Positions 1 to 10,609 of a stretch of 64,000 nucleotides of DNA are shown in pieces. The position numbers were made by a program, and so were the translations under genes. The DNA is from Hydrurus foetidus (lineage: Eukaryota). The stretch spans positions 1 through 64,000 of the forward strand of contig UYFQ01000549.1 of the NCBI GenBank assembly GCA_900617105.1, read 5' to 3'. The notes beneath the pieces were generated by a model that had not been told where the DNA came from, searched no databases, and saw only the letters and a list, made by a program, of their open reading frames with translations. Every line of letters begins with the position of its first letter. Positions within the stretch are counted from its first letter, which is position 1.

Positions 1-1578
1 TAAATATCCTCCCCGCATGGATAATTTGTAGGTTGCGGCTATGACGAGTGCAATCTTGATCGAAGATGCATTGACATTACCGCAGTATACTGCGTAGGGG
101 TCGAAGTCGACCCAGGGTATCATGAGATCACCACGACCTACGAGGCGGGCCTTCTTGGTGCCGTCAGTCTTGATACTGAAGAGCCACATCATTGGTACGA
201 GGTGCTGGCCGGTGAAGGGACAGACCTGAAGCAGTTGTTGACTTCAAACTTAGTTCGCTCAGTGTTGATGGCCTGTTCCCACTCTGGGTACTGCATTGCG
301 GTCCAGAAGTCTTTGGGGATGTAGGGATCCTTGATTTGGACTGCTATGTTGTAGTGCAGGACACGGAAGAGGTGAACAGGGAAGCATGTGGAAGTACTGG
401 TGTAGGTGGACCAGTATATCATGTCATCGTTGACTGAGTGCTCTGTCTCAGGGACAGGGGTTATATAGTCGGGGTCGATAAGGGGTGCAGGTGAGGGGAG
501 GCCGGGTAGGTCGACTCGCTCAGGCACCACAATAGGGTCATTATTATTATCAGTATAGTAGAGGGACGGGATGAGGGCGAAGGCCTCGTCGGTAGGGAAG
601 TGTGCATCTGAGTCATGCTTGAAGTTGTTGTGCATGTCGAAGATGACATCCTTACTGACTCGAACAGTACCGTAGGTGTTCTTGGGTAGTATTTCTAATA
701 CTAAATATTGTGGTATTAGTATAGATGTAAAACTATAACCAACGAACCGAGCACGGTAGGCACGAGGTGACCCAACTTTACTTTTCTGATCTTTGGGTGC
801 GTGCTTGACATAGCAGGGTGCCCAGAATGGTCGAAGCATCCTGATGTCCACGTGTTGCCCAGAAGTGAAGTGATACGGAGAAGTACCAATACGCTTGTTA
901 AGGTTAAAGGAATGAGTAACACATGCATAGGACATTGCAAGGTCCCAGAACTTCATTGGCACATGCGGAACAGGGGTTATCATGGCAACGTTGGTCTTGA
1001 GAGCTACAATGCCGACTGCTCGCTCAGCGATGCCGTTGGCATGTTTGTCACGAGGTGCAGTGTGCTCAAGTCGGTATCGGTATCGGGCGCAAAGCGCAGT
1101 AAATTCTTCAGATCGGTAGTTGGCCTCTGGGTCATGCCGGATGAAGCGATCAACCCCAGGGTATTGTGGTTCCATTGGGGGTTAGGTCGAAGAAGGCTGC
1201 AATGCGGGCACAGAGTTCAGAGGCGGACCGGTCTTTTGTATATACAGGATAGTATTGTCCCGACGCGAGGTCGGTGAGGATGTGAGTGTAACGGTAGTTA
1301 CGGAATGATGGAGTCGAGTGGGTATAGGCATCCAAGGAGAACTGCTGGCCGACGAGGGTAGTTGTGTCTCTGTGGATGCGACGATAGTCTGTGGATGCTT
1401 GACGCATGGCGCCATGGGCGCATCCAGGACAGACCGGACGGGAGGTGTGTGCATCTTTGGTGGTGAAGCGAGCATTGAGGGAATGATCGCGGTGCCATGC
1501 CATGCCTGGAAGACCGGGGTGGCCTGTGGCTTGATGCACGTGGTCGTACAGTGAAGCGGGAGTATAGTGTGTGACCAA
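1..1578 (-). pseudogene. Copia integrase and RT N-terminus (frameshifted)
   Basis: HHCC finger and DDE core across ORFs 1150..1578 and 189..1175. Small deletions relative to copy B at ~1160-1180 and ~218. Confidence 0.9.
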
Positions 1579-1599
1579 AAGACTCTCCCGAGTGGTTGG

Positions 1600-2448
1600 T
1601 CAGTAGGGAGTCTCCACGTAGAGGCCGTCTTGGACGGTTCCACGGGTGACCTCCTTTCCATGCTGAGCTACCAGTGCAATGTAGGGAAGGGCTGATGCAG
1701 TCTCATAGAAGCGGAAGTCTTTATGAGTGAAGATGCCGATGAAGTGGTCGTTGGTGACACCGCCAGCGCAGAACTGGGAGACAGAGACAAGGGTGCTGTC
1801 GCCTAGTGCAGGGAGAAGGAGGGTGCTAAGCTCCAACGGTCCGAGGCTGCCTTGGTGTGTTGGTGTCATGGACGGACCGAATGCAGGGGTGACTGTGACG
1901 GATGTGCTGACAGGTTCAATGCTGGTAAGACGTTGGGAGCGGCCGGTGCCAGAGCGTGAAGCACCAGAGTCGAAGATGACCTTGTCGGGGACGTGGAACG
2001 AGTTGAGTCTCTCATGTTGGGACTTGACGACGAATGTGTTGAGCTTGGAGTCGGAGGTACCGCCGGATGGTGCAGGAGGGCGAGCTGATGCAAGCGGAGG
2101 GCGAGTACTGTTGAAGGCATGTCGGACATTTGTCGAGCGTTGAGATCCGACTGGTGGAGTCATTCGGTGGCGCTGGGCACGAGGCATAGTGAAAGGCGAG
2201 TCGGATGCAAGTGGTTGCGCGGCTTGCCAACGTTTGAGTGACCCGGTAAGAGGGTCAGAGGGTGTCGATGGAACAGGTGGTAACGGAGTATTGAACTCCG
2301 GAAGCGTAGTGGGAATCGATGTTGACGGTGAGGCGGAAGAGGATGCTGACGAGGACGAGGTGGTGTCTTGACGCTTAGTGTCCCCTTGAGCCTGGTCAGT
2401 CTGGAATGCGATGCCGCGCTTCCTGGCGTTGTACCGCTGAAGTTCCAT
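1600..2448 (-). pseudogene. Copia aspartic protease region
   Basis: VIFDSGASRS catalytic motif, LVSVSQ and GTVQDGLY motifs. Bounded by in-frame TGA codons at 2467-2469 and 1600-1602. Confidence 0.88.
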
Positions 2449-2466
2449 CGATGCGTCCGGTGGTAC

Positions 2467-5331
2467 TCATGGGGATGTGTCGGATGGAGGGACCATGAGA
2501 CGTGTGACGGCTCCATGTAGGTAGTTAACATAAGAGAGGGCGCATCGAGGGCCACTGATGTTATGAGTTGGACAGGACATGTTGTACGGGAGGAAACAGA
2601 TGGAGTCTTCGACAGAGGACTCTGAATCACTGTCGCAGTTCCGCAAAGTGTATCGTTTGCGTATGTTCGGTGGGGCAGTAGATGCTGCGAGGTCCCTGGC
2701 GAGAGATACTGTACGATAGTGTGACTCGGTGGGCTCAACAGGATCGGGTCCAACGAATAGGCTGTTGGGTGTAACATGAAATGCGTCGGGTAGGACATGC
2801 TGGATTACGACTCGAATGGCCTGGATGAATGACTTGTTTGATCCAGTTCGTGTCACATCAACTTCCGTGAGCATGAGTTTGCGGAGGGTGGGAATGTTGT
2901 GCCAGGAGTTGCCGGGTGCATTGGCATATCGGGCAAGCTGTGCTGCGACCCAGGAGGCACAGTCGTAGATGAGGACACTTTCAAATATCGCCATGTGGTC
3001 TGGACTGATCTGGTCGTCGAGGTACAGAGCAGTGTGGACGAGGAAGTAAAAGAAAATGTTCCCGACTGTGGACTGATAGGTGGTGATGTCTTCAATCAAG
3101 GTTGGATTGAAGGTGCGGTAGTGCCCTGGGTCATACTCAAGATTGGGTGGAGTCGGCGGCTCAGTGTTGGCGAGCAGCAGGTTGCGAGCAATCTTGTGGA
3201 TGAGGTTCATATACCGAGAGTATCCGTCTCTGACATCAGCGCGGCAGTTGCTGAGGGTGGTTGGGGATACCCAGCCGAAAATAGCGAGGTATATATGAGG
3301 CGCCGGTGTAGGGGATCCAGGCAAGGCGGGACGGTTCACATAGATGATGAAGTCATTTGCTGAGAGGGGCTGCTGATGAATGCGGTGGTGGACCACAGTG
3401 TAGTACTGAAGGATGTACGTGGAACATTGTCGGCAGATACCCTGGAAGACAGTGGAGGAGGTGACTTCGTCATTGGTGAGGAAGGCCCAGGTACGTGTGA
3501 AGGCATCGACTTCTTCTTGCATTGGGGTCCCATATGTTGGCGAGGAGATGTTCTGATGGCGCGGCGTGTCCCATGCTGTAGCATTCTCTGGGGCGACAGG
3601 AGTCGGGGGGGTACCCAGGAGTACTGGGGTAGATGCTGGTTGAGTATGTTCGGAACGTACGTACGGTCGGAGCAGTAAGGGAGAGGCGGCATTAGAAGAT
3701 GGACGAGTTGGAGATCGCAGTGGTGAGTGTCCTGATGGAGGGAGTCCTGGCGGAAGTGCTAACTCGAGAGGAGGATTAGACGGTGTATCCGGAGGAGGTG
3801 CTGGGTCAGTGTCGGTGACTCGGAACATGTTGAGGGAGAAGCGCACATACCCGGAGGGTTCGGCGTTATCCAAGAGCGTGTTGTTTTGCCATCCGTCCTC
3901 AGGGTTGATGTTGGGTCCGTTGGTAAGAAGCTTCATGGGGATGTTGCTCTTGAGGTAAGGGACGCGGCCATCGATACTCGTCACTGGGAAGATCTGCCTG
4001 GGAGAGTACTTGCCCTTGGCTTTGATCCGGTTCTTGTCCGTTACTGGAGCGGATCCAGGTGGGGCAGGAGGATGTGCTTTGCCAGAGGGAGGTGTCGCTG
4101 CCGGTGGCTTAGCAGGAGCATGATAATACTTGCACTTGTTACCGAGAAGGCAGGTACCAGCGAGGAACTTGCGGCAGGCTTCAGGGGTAGTGGACAAGGC
4201 AGCTATCTTGACCGGCTTGTCTTGGAGGAGGGCATACTCGGAATAGACAACAGCTCTCTCCAAAGTTTGGTGATAGGTGAGCATGTTGCTATGGCAGGAC
4301 ATAAAGTAGGATTTTGTGTTGGGGCGGTGGTCGTTCATGAAGGCGTTGTGAAGGAATTGAAGGCGCTCCTGCTCGGTGCTCGGTCTGGCCTGGGCGTACT
4401 CGAATTCTGTCATCAACGTTGTAAACCTCACTAAATCCTCTTGAAAACAAGTAGCCGTGGAGCCCTTGAAGTTTTGTAGAAGCCGCCTAAGTCGGTTGAT
4501 GTCTGCTTCAGTATGTCCGTAGTAGTGCTTGTGCATACGTTTATAAATAGCGATCCCATCGCGAGAGGTAAAGGAATCGGCACATAGATAGTGGGTAGAC
4601 TCGCTGAAAGCGTTCAACATGACGTTGTAGAGACGTTTCTTGTCGTGGGCCCATCGTGTAACATCGTCGGCGGGTACATAGTTGAATGTTCCGTCGAGGT
4701 TCTCCGACGTTGTAGGCTCCGAGTATCCTGATGGGTTAAGTCTCGTTGGGATTGGCTCGCGACGCGTGCCCATCGCCATTGGGTAGAGTCCAACGACATG
4801 GAGCATGTTGTCAAGAGCTTTGAAGCGCTTGTTAGATCCCACAGTCGTTGTGGTGATCTGGTTTTGCTTGATGCTATCCATTTCTGAAGAGGTCGTCAGA
4901 ACGAGATCGAGTTTTAGCCGTTTCAGCTCCAAAACGGATTCCAACGCGGCATTATATGATAGCCCAGTTGCTGAAACTTCTGCCGAAGTTTGGCGCGGTG
5001 GCGTGGCTTCCTCTGCATGGGAGCCTCGTCGAGGTCGGTTTGGTGTGGAGGGATTTTGCCGATTTGCCGTCGAGCTGGTGACCAAATTGTGAGTTTGGGC
5101 TCTTATGGCCTCGGCGACACGTTCATCGAACTCCGCGAGGGTCATGGAGAGCATGCGCGGCAGCTGGGCGCGGCTGGGAGTCTCTAGCCCAGTTGGGTCA
5201 TGGTATTCCTCGTTGTTTTGGTCTGTGTTGTCGGACGATCGTAGCATCATGGCCGACTTGAGATATCTGTTGTGATGAGATACCGTTGATATATTGATAC
5301 TATATCGATGATTGCTGAACTTTCTATGCAA
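2467..5331 (-). CDS. Copia Gag with CCCH zinc finger and a long extra domain (first part of the interrupted polyprotein)
   Basis: 954-aa ORF directly after the PBS. Gag-like helical core (DGIAIYKRMHKHYYG...) and CRKFLAGTCLLGNKCKYYH. Its TGA is in frame with the protease ORF. Confidence 0.8.
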   Translation of the reverse strand: MHRKFSNHRYSINISTVSHHNRYLKSAMMLRSSDNTDQNNEEYHDPTGLETPSRAQLPRMLSMTLAEFDERVAEAIRAQTHNLVTSSTANRQNPSTPNRPRRGSHAEEATPPRQTSAEVSATGLSYNAALESVLELKRLKLDLVLTTSSEMDSIKQNQITTTTVGSNKRFKALDNMLHVVGLYPMAMGTRREPIPTRLNPSGYSEPTTSENLDGTFNYVPADDVTRWAHDKKRLYNVMLNAFSESTHYLCADSFTSRDGIAIYKRMHKHYYGHTEADINRLRRLLQNFKGSTATCFQEDLVRFTTLMTEFEYAQARPSTEQERLQFLHNAFMNDHRPNTKSYFMSCHSNMLTYHQTLERAVVYSEYALLQDKPVKIAALSTTPEACRKFLAGTCLLGNKCKYYHAPAKPPAATPPSGKAHPPAPPGSAPVTDKNRIKAKGKYSPRQIFPVTSIDGRVPYLKSNIPMKLLTNGPNINPEDGWQNNTLLDNAEPSGYVRFSLNMFRVTDTDPAPPPDTPSNPPLELALPPGLPPSGHSPLRSPTRPSSNAASPLLLRPYVRSEHTQPASTPVLLGTPPTPVAPENATAWDTPRHQNISSPTYGTPMQEEVDAFTRTWAFLTNDEVTSSTVFQGICRQCSTYILQYYTVVHHRIHQQPLSANDFIIYVNRPALPGSPTPAPHIYLAIFGWVSPTTLSNCRADVRDGYSRYMNLIHKIARNLLLANTEPPTPPNLEYDPGHYRTFNPTLIEDITTYQSTVGNIFFYFLVHTALYLDDQISPDHMAIFESVLIYDCASWVAAQLARYANAPGNSWHNIPTLRKLMLTEVDVTRTGSNKSFIQAIRVVIQHVLPDAFHVTPNSLFVGPDPVEPTESHYRTVSLARDLAASTAPPNIRKRYTLRNCDSDSESSVEDSICFLPYNMSCPTHNISGPRCALSYVNYLHGAVTRLMVPPSDTSP

Positions 5332-5340
5332 TCGCTACCA
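5331..5340 (-). promoter_or_regulatory. Primer-binding site TGGTAGCGAT (probably initiator tRNA-Met)
   Basis: Directly abuts the LTR on the minus strand. TGGTA fits a tRNA 3' end U72-A73-CCA as in iMet; the tRNA identity is inferred. Confidence 0.7.
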
Positions 5341-5721
5341 TGTGAGTCAGACTGTGGAGTGAAGCGAGCTACCTGTTGGCTGCGGAAGCGCAAAGGAAAG
5401 ACTGGCTGATGGAAGTGGTTTCGGAAGACGTGTTTACTTACAACGATCAAGTAGTAAAACAACTGGCAATGATATCAGTCCATTTTGGGGGTCTGCGTAT
5501 TGGGGGGGGTCTGCGTATGTACGCAGCTCAAATACGCACTTTTGGCCGTTGCGTATATATCTGCGTATTGCGTATGGGCCTACGCAGTGTGAATGTACAC
5601 CGTTGTGTACATACACAACGGTGTTTTGGATGAGGAAGCGCTACACTACTTGTGACATGTGAATGCTAATCTACAGATGAAACTATGCTAACAGATCATG
5701 CATGAATATGCTGGACTGACA
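5341..5721 (-). repeat. 5' LTR of Copia copy A (middle part replaced relative to the copy B LTR)
   Basis: Termini TGTGAGTC...GACTGACA. Both ends match the LTR at 56770-57267; the segment from 5479 to ~5615 differs. Confidence 0.9.
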
Positions 5722-5786
5722 GATAATTCATTTTTGGTGGACTTCCAATACACAATACACGATAAACAACCAACAACCAACCCCCG

Positions 5787-6058
5787 TGCACGTGAACGGC
5801 TATTTGTGCACGGCCCCCACTCAAAACCGAGAATTTAATTTTCGATTTCGGTGGGAAAACATTTTTCTTTCTGTGATTTTTCAGGTCACTTTCTTAATAT
5901 TTGGCCTTAACGAAGAAATCACTGCATTAGAGATAAATTTGAGTGTTTCCCTCACGGACGGGGACATCTCCAAGAAATTTGCAACATTTAGAAGGAAAAC
6001 ACTTTTTGTCCATTGCAAAAAAAATCGTTTTTTTTGCACAAATAGTCGTTCACGTGCA
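5787..6058. mobile_element. MITE-like element with ~24-bp terminal inverted repeats
   Basis: TGCACGTGAACGGCTATTTGTGCA (5787-5810) versus TGCACAAATAGTCGTTCACGTGCA (6035-6058). CCCG on both flanks (5783-5786, 6059-6062). Confidence 0.7.
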
Positions 6059-6894
6059 CCCGTCACCCTATATTTAGGGGATACCGCTCGGTAGCATAGG
6101 TTCTCTGGAGCGGCTAGGAGCAAGGACCGCTGACCGTCGCCGGTCCCTAAAGGGGCGGTCGCCGGTGGGGAAGATCCCAAGGGTTTGGACAGGGGTCGAC
6201 GACGACGACAGCGTTGGATTGAAACGCAGTAGGAACCAGCACTCTTGGTGTTGCAGCGTCAGACGAGTTTTTTCAAATTATTAATTAGTGTATTTTCAAA
6301 TTTTTTCAAATTGTTGCTCAGAATGCATGCTCGCAGTTGATGTGCTTGGTTGAGAGCTTTGTCTCACAATCTTTTGATTAGCTTGAGTCTATATAGTTTA
6401 ACAATTCTTTTTTCACCCCGTAGCCAACCAATCCTACGTTTTTCTATAGTGATAGTATAAGCTGTTGTACAATGTTGTCTGACCACTTGCGTGCCAGTTA
6501 GTGAAGGGAACTCTGACCCAAGGTCCGGCCCCCGTACCCGAGCTTGGTTCGGTAGTCGGAACAGCAGGGGGGGGCGGACGGGTGGTCCCAGGCGCGCAAG
6601 CGCACCCATCATGTAAGATAACATTGCGTTGTGTTTTCATCTCGAGTCGGTTGGTTTGGTCACCGAGCGTGCAACGGAGAGCACAGGGGGCGAGGACGAG
6701 AGAACTCATCAGGATCATTTCCCCAAAGGGACCCATCTCTGATAGCGGAATAGAACACCGATCATCCCACCATGCAAATTGATGGTAAATAAATAATAAA
6801 TGGATGGGGAGGCTCTATGAGACATGAGATTCAGATCGAGATAATAAGAAGTGTGACGTTGGACTGACGTCATCGCCACTTCCATTAAATCACA

Positions 6895-7837
6895 ATGTCG
6901 TTCATGTTCTCATTCGAAATGGAAGATACGGAGGATTCTGCAGAGAGCGCTTTGTGCATGTTGACTGGAGAGAGTGAGATTGCTTACCGAAGTAAGAATA
7001 CGGTTGGAGTACCATGCCGTGAAGTTCTGGATAATCTCATAGTTGGCTGCGGGACAAATTCTTACAAAACTCATCATTTTAATGGAATCGTCTATCGGCA
7101 GCCAACTCATCTGGATCGTTGCACTGCCAGCTCCTCGTCGTCATTGAAGTGTCAAAATATCGACGCGGAGAGCGACTTGATCCCAGGTCACTATGAGGGA
7201 GGTTACAAAATCTGGGAATGCTCACTCGATCTCGCATCAATTGTGTCCGAACTACCCAGCGCTCTTTTCCAGTTACCAAGGAAAGTGCTAGAGCTTGGCT
7301 GTGGTCATGGTGTACCTGGCATTGTGACATTAAAGGCTTTTGAGGACACTATAGAAGAGATTGTTTTTACTGACTTCAATCGCGAAGTTTTACAGGAAAC
7401 TACGTGGCCGAGTATTAAATTGAACCTCAATGACGATGCTCTTAACAAAGTGAGATGCATCGCAGGAGACTGGTCATCACTTTCATCTTTAGTGGATAAA
7501 TTTGACTTAATTTTGTCTGCTGAAACTTTGTACACAAGGGAAAGCTGTCGTAAGGTAACTTACATGACTATGGATTTCATAACGGCATGTCTTTTAGTTT
7601 AATTATGGAAGTGTTACTTTTCCTCAGGTTTTCGAAATCGTGCGAGCCCATTTACAGGTGGATGGAGTAGCGTTGATAGCAAGCAAAAAATATTACTTCG
7701 GTGTAGGCGGAGGTACATTTGAACTGGAACATATGGCGAAGAAAAGTGACAGCACGCTGCGCTATACGTTAATTAGGTCATATGATGATGGCCATTCAAA
7801 TATTCGTGAGATTGTAAAGTTAGAACGGTTAGGTTGA
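6895..7837 (+). CDS. METTL18: Histidine protein methyltransferase METTL18/HPM1-like (2 exons: 6895-7554, 7628-7837)
   Basis: SDLIPGHYEGGYKIWECSLDL, VLELGCGHG, FTDFN, FDLILSAETLY, ASKKYYFGVGGG. The GT-AG intron 7555-7627 joins the two ORFs in frame. Confidence 0.9.
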
Positions 7838-9174
7838 ATGTATAAGTGAAGTCTATTTACGAATAATTTTATACTAATTTCGATCCAACAAAATCTCATA
7901 TGAGCCAAATGCTTGAAGAGCATCATGTGCTACAGTTACCGCGTACATGTATCATTATCATCTTTGTCAGCCATCGAAATATGCCATTTAGTCACCAAAT
8001 GATGGAGACCTAGATGATGACCATGTAACGTAGTTCTAGGAAGATGTAACTTGAGATATACATTTCATATTCAACATATTATCTCGCTATAAAATGAAGC
8101 AGTCAGCACAGCAATTCCAATTGCAGAGGATTACTTTTAAACTTGGACGCCCCTGCAAAAGTGAAGAATATCTCACGTCCCGAATTCTCATACTCTTGAT
8201 AGAGGTCTGCAATGACAAATAACGGTCAAACACCCTATAAAACTTTCCTCCCAAATTGCCGAGGTTTATTTCATCAGATCCTTTAGCAAAGTGTATTGCA
8301 AATAGACATGGAAAATAGAACAACTGTAGTCTGCAGTAAAGCAGCATTCCCTGTAAATGATATAAAATATCATGGTGTGGTAATATGACGTCACAAATCA
8401 GTCACATCTACTAATAGTTGAGATTAATTGTATATGAAATTCACTCTAATATTCTAAATTGTATATGATCTTGCTTTTGAAATACTTCGACAAGAAAACC
8501 AAATTGAAAAGATTAAGAAATATCGTCCCAAGTATCTTTTCTAGGAATTCCTTTACCTATAACACAGAAAAAAACAAAAAAATGACAGCATCGCTGCACT
8601 TTAAGTACATTGCAGCTTGATATTGATATCGTGAGAATCAAATAAATTCTAAATTAGTTTCGATGAGAAATTCTCGCTCCTTATTCTTCGCCATTATGCA
8701 CACATCATCATCGGCATGTGAGCACATACATTTCGCCTCAGCACCATCACTCTTCTGTTGGTTGCCTTTTGTGTCAACCTTATTCCGTTCCCGTCACTCC
8801 GCTCTTTGTTCCACTCCAAAGTTAAGTTCACTGCCGGTATGTTCAAAGTTGCCCTTTACCTTCTTCTTGTCATTCTGGAATAGCAGTACCACTTTATTGC
8901 TCGAGATCGATCTTCAAAAATCTTTTGAATCGTATCAATTTTTGTTCTTGTGGAGCTACATACCGTAGAGAATAGGCCCGTAATCGGTTGATTTCCCCTA
9001 CATAGGGGAATGGAGAACAGAGTATTAGAGTATATTTTGTATTTTGTATCGGATTTACGTGATCAACATCTACGGTCCACCGAATGTGGTTGAAAGGAGG
9101 GCATTGTTGGAGTTTGAAGGCTTCAACAGATTTGCAAATTTCTGACAGTTACTTCAGATGCAACACGAAACGCC

Positions 9175-10233
9175 ATGTCTTCTCCTTCTCTTCTCAGATT
9201 GCGTTTATCGCGCGGCTTGAAGATGACGGTGCAGAAAAGGCATGCGAGGTTCGTGCCCAACAAAAAGATAGCGACTCCGTCGTCTGAGAAACGGTTGGAT
9301 ATCGTGATCCTGGGACATCCTAACGCCGGAAAATCAACGTTGCTCAATTCTCTTGTAGAAACAAAGCTAGCTGCAACCACAAGGAAGAGAAATACGACTC
9401 GAGGCGAAATAATGGGTGTTTTCAACTACAGAAATGTTCAGCTTGCTTTCTATGATACACCTGGTTTTGTTCGAACTTCTGATGCAAGGGAAGACAGCGC
9501 AATGCAGCTAAGAACCATAGCTGCTGCATCAGCCCTTAAGGCTGACGTTGTCCTCCTTGTAGTGGATGCTAATACAGCCCTGAATAAAAAAAGACATGAG
9601 GAAGCATTTTGCGAAATGGTCCAGATTGCATCAGATAACGCAAAAACTGAGTTAGTTCTCGTGCTCAATAAAGTTGATCTAGTTATTCCGAAATCAAAAC
9701 TGTTGGAGGTGACCTTTTGTTTCGTAAGTTTAATCAACGGCATAAAGTTGGGACCTGAGGGAGCTAAAGATGCGAGGCTCGATACCACCACATTCATGAT
9801 TTCCGCGAAAGACGATGACGGTGTTATTGATCTTAAAAACTATTTGATAGCCATCGCAAAGCCTAAGAAATGGATTATCCCCAAAGATAAGGACAAAAAA
9901 AGCAGCAAGATCACGAATTTGTCTGTCGAGGAAAGAGTTCAAGAGATCGTGCTGGAAGTTCTTCTAGAAAATACTCATCACGAAATTCCTTACATCGCTG
10001 GAGTCGACTGCAGAAGCATAGATCACACGAGCGAGACACGGTGTCAAATTGACGTAGATATCCTCGTCGACTCTAAGAGCCAGCAAAGAATTGTCGTCGG
10101 TCAGCAGGGAAGAACATTGCTTAAAATCAGGGCAGCCGCCGTAAAATATCTAGAAGTAATTTTGAAGAAAGAGGTTCTTCTTTTCTTGAATATCGCTGTT
10201 AGAGATGGTGATGATGATGAAGAAGAGTCCTAG
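9175..10233 (+). CDS. era: Era-family GTPase, probably mitochondrial (ERAL1-like)
   Basis: G1 GHPNAGKST, TTR (G2), G3 DTPG, G4 NKVD, HEIPY and a C-terminal KH domain (VVGQQGRTL). Arg/Ser/Leu-rich N-terminus resembles a transit peptide. Confidence 0.92.
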   Translation: MSSPSLLRLRLSRGLKMTVQKRHARFVPNKKIATPSSEKRLDIVILGHPNAGKSTLLNSLVETKLAATTRKRNTTRGEIMGVFNYRNVQLAFYDTPGFVRTSDAREDSAMQLRTIAAASALKADVVLLVVDANTALNKKRHEEAFCEMVQIASDNAKTELVLVLNKVDLVIPKSKLLEVTFCFVSLINGIKLGPEGAKDARLDTTTFMISAKDDDGVIDLKNYLIAIAKPKKWIIPKDKDKKSSKITNLSVEERVQEIVLEVLLENTHHEIPYIAGVDCRSIDHTSETRCQIDVDILVDSKSQQRIVVGQQGRTLLKIRAAAVKYLEVILKKEVLLFLNIAVRDGDDDEEES

Positions 10234-10609
10234 TCGCTGGTTGCGGCCTGGTTGGCCCTGTATTTGTCCTGTGAAATATTGTGTAATAACTCATAACTGA
10301 TAACGCGTTGCCTGCTCTTGAAACCGATACGAAATGCTTTCTACTTTACGGTTTGCGAAGACAACTTTGATTGCACACGGGGGATGGGAGGCAATGGGTA
10401 TTCTCGTCACAGATCACAGGATGTCCGACGAGCATGCGAAGCATTTCAGAGCGCTGTTACTAGGGACGTAAGTAGAAATGGAGATGAGAGGGCGCATTCT
10501 GAATGATTTGGTTTAATATGTATTTCATTAAGAGGAGAACTAAAATTGGTAATTCATCAAGATTCTCTGACCATTTAAGATTACGATGTACGGCTGTGGC
10601 AGAATGTTC

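Larger units (their letters stand above)
1..5721 (-). mobile_element. Ty1/Copia LTR retrotransposon, copy A (5' LTR, gag, PR, IN and start of RT; runs off the left edge)
   Basis: Domain order Gag-PR (VIFDSGAS)-IN (HQATGH..CPGC; FSLDAY/IRHDPE/NGIAER)-RT. LTR at 5341-5721 followed by a PBS. Positions 1-~1467 are nearly identical to 58731-60170 (copy B). Confidence 0.95.

Noticed and set aside
8030..9010. Possible small gene between METTL18 and Era
   Set aside because: Coding-like composition on the minus strand, but stops in all frames I tried and no recognisable motif.
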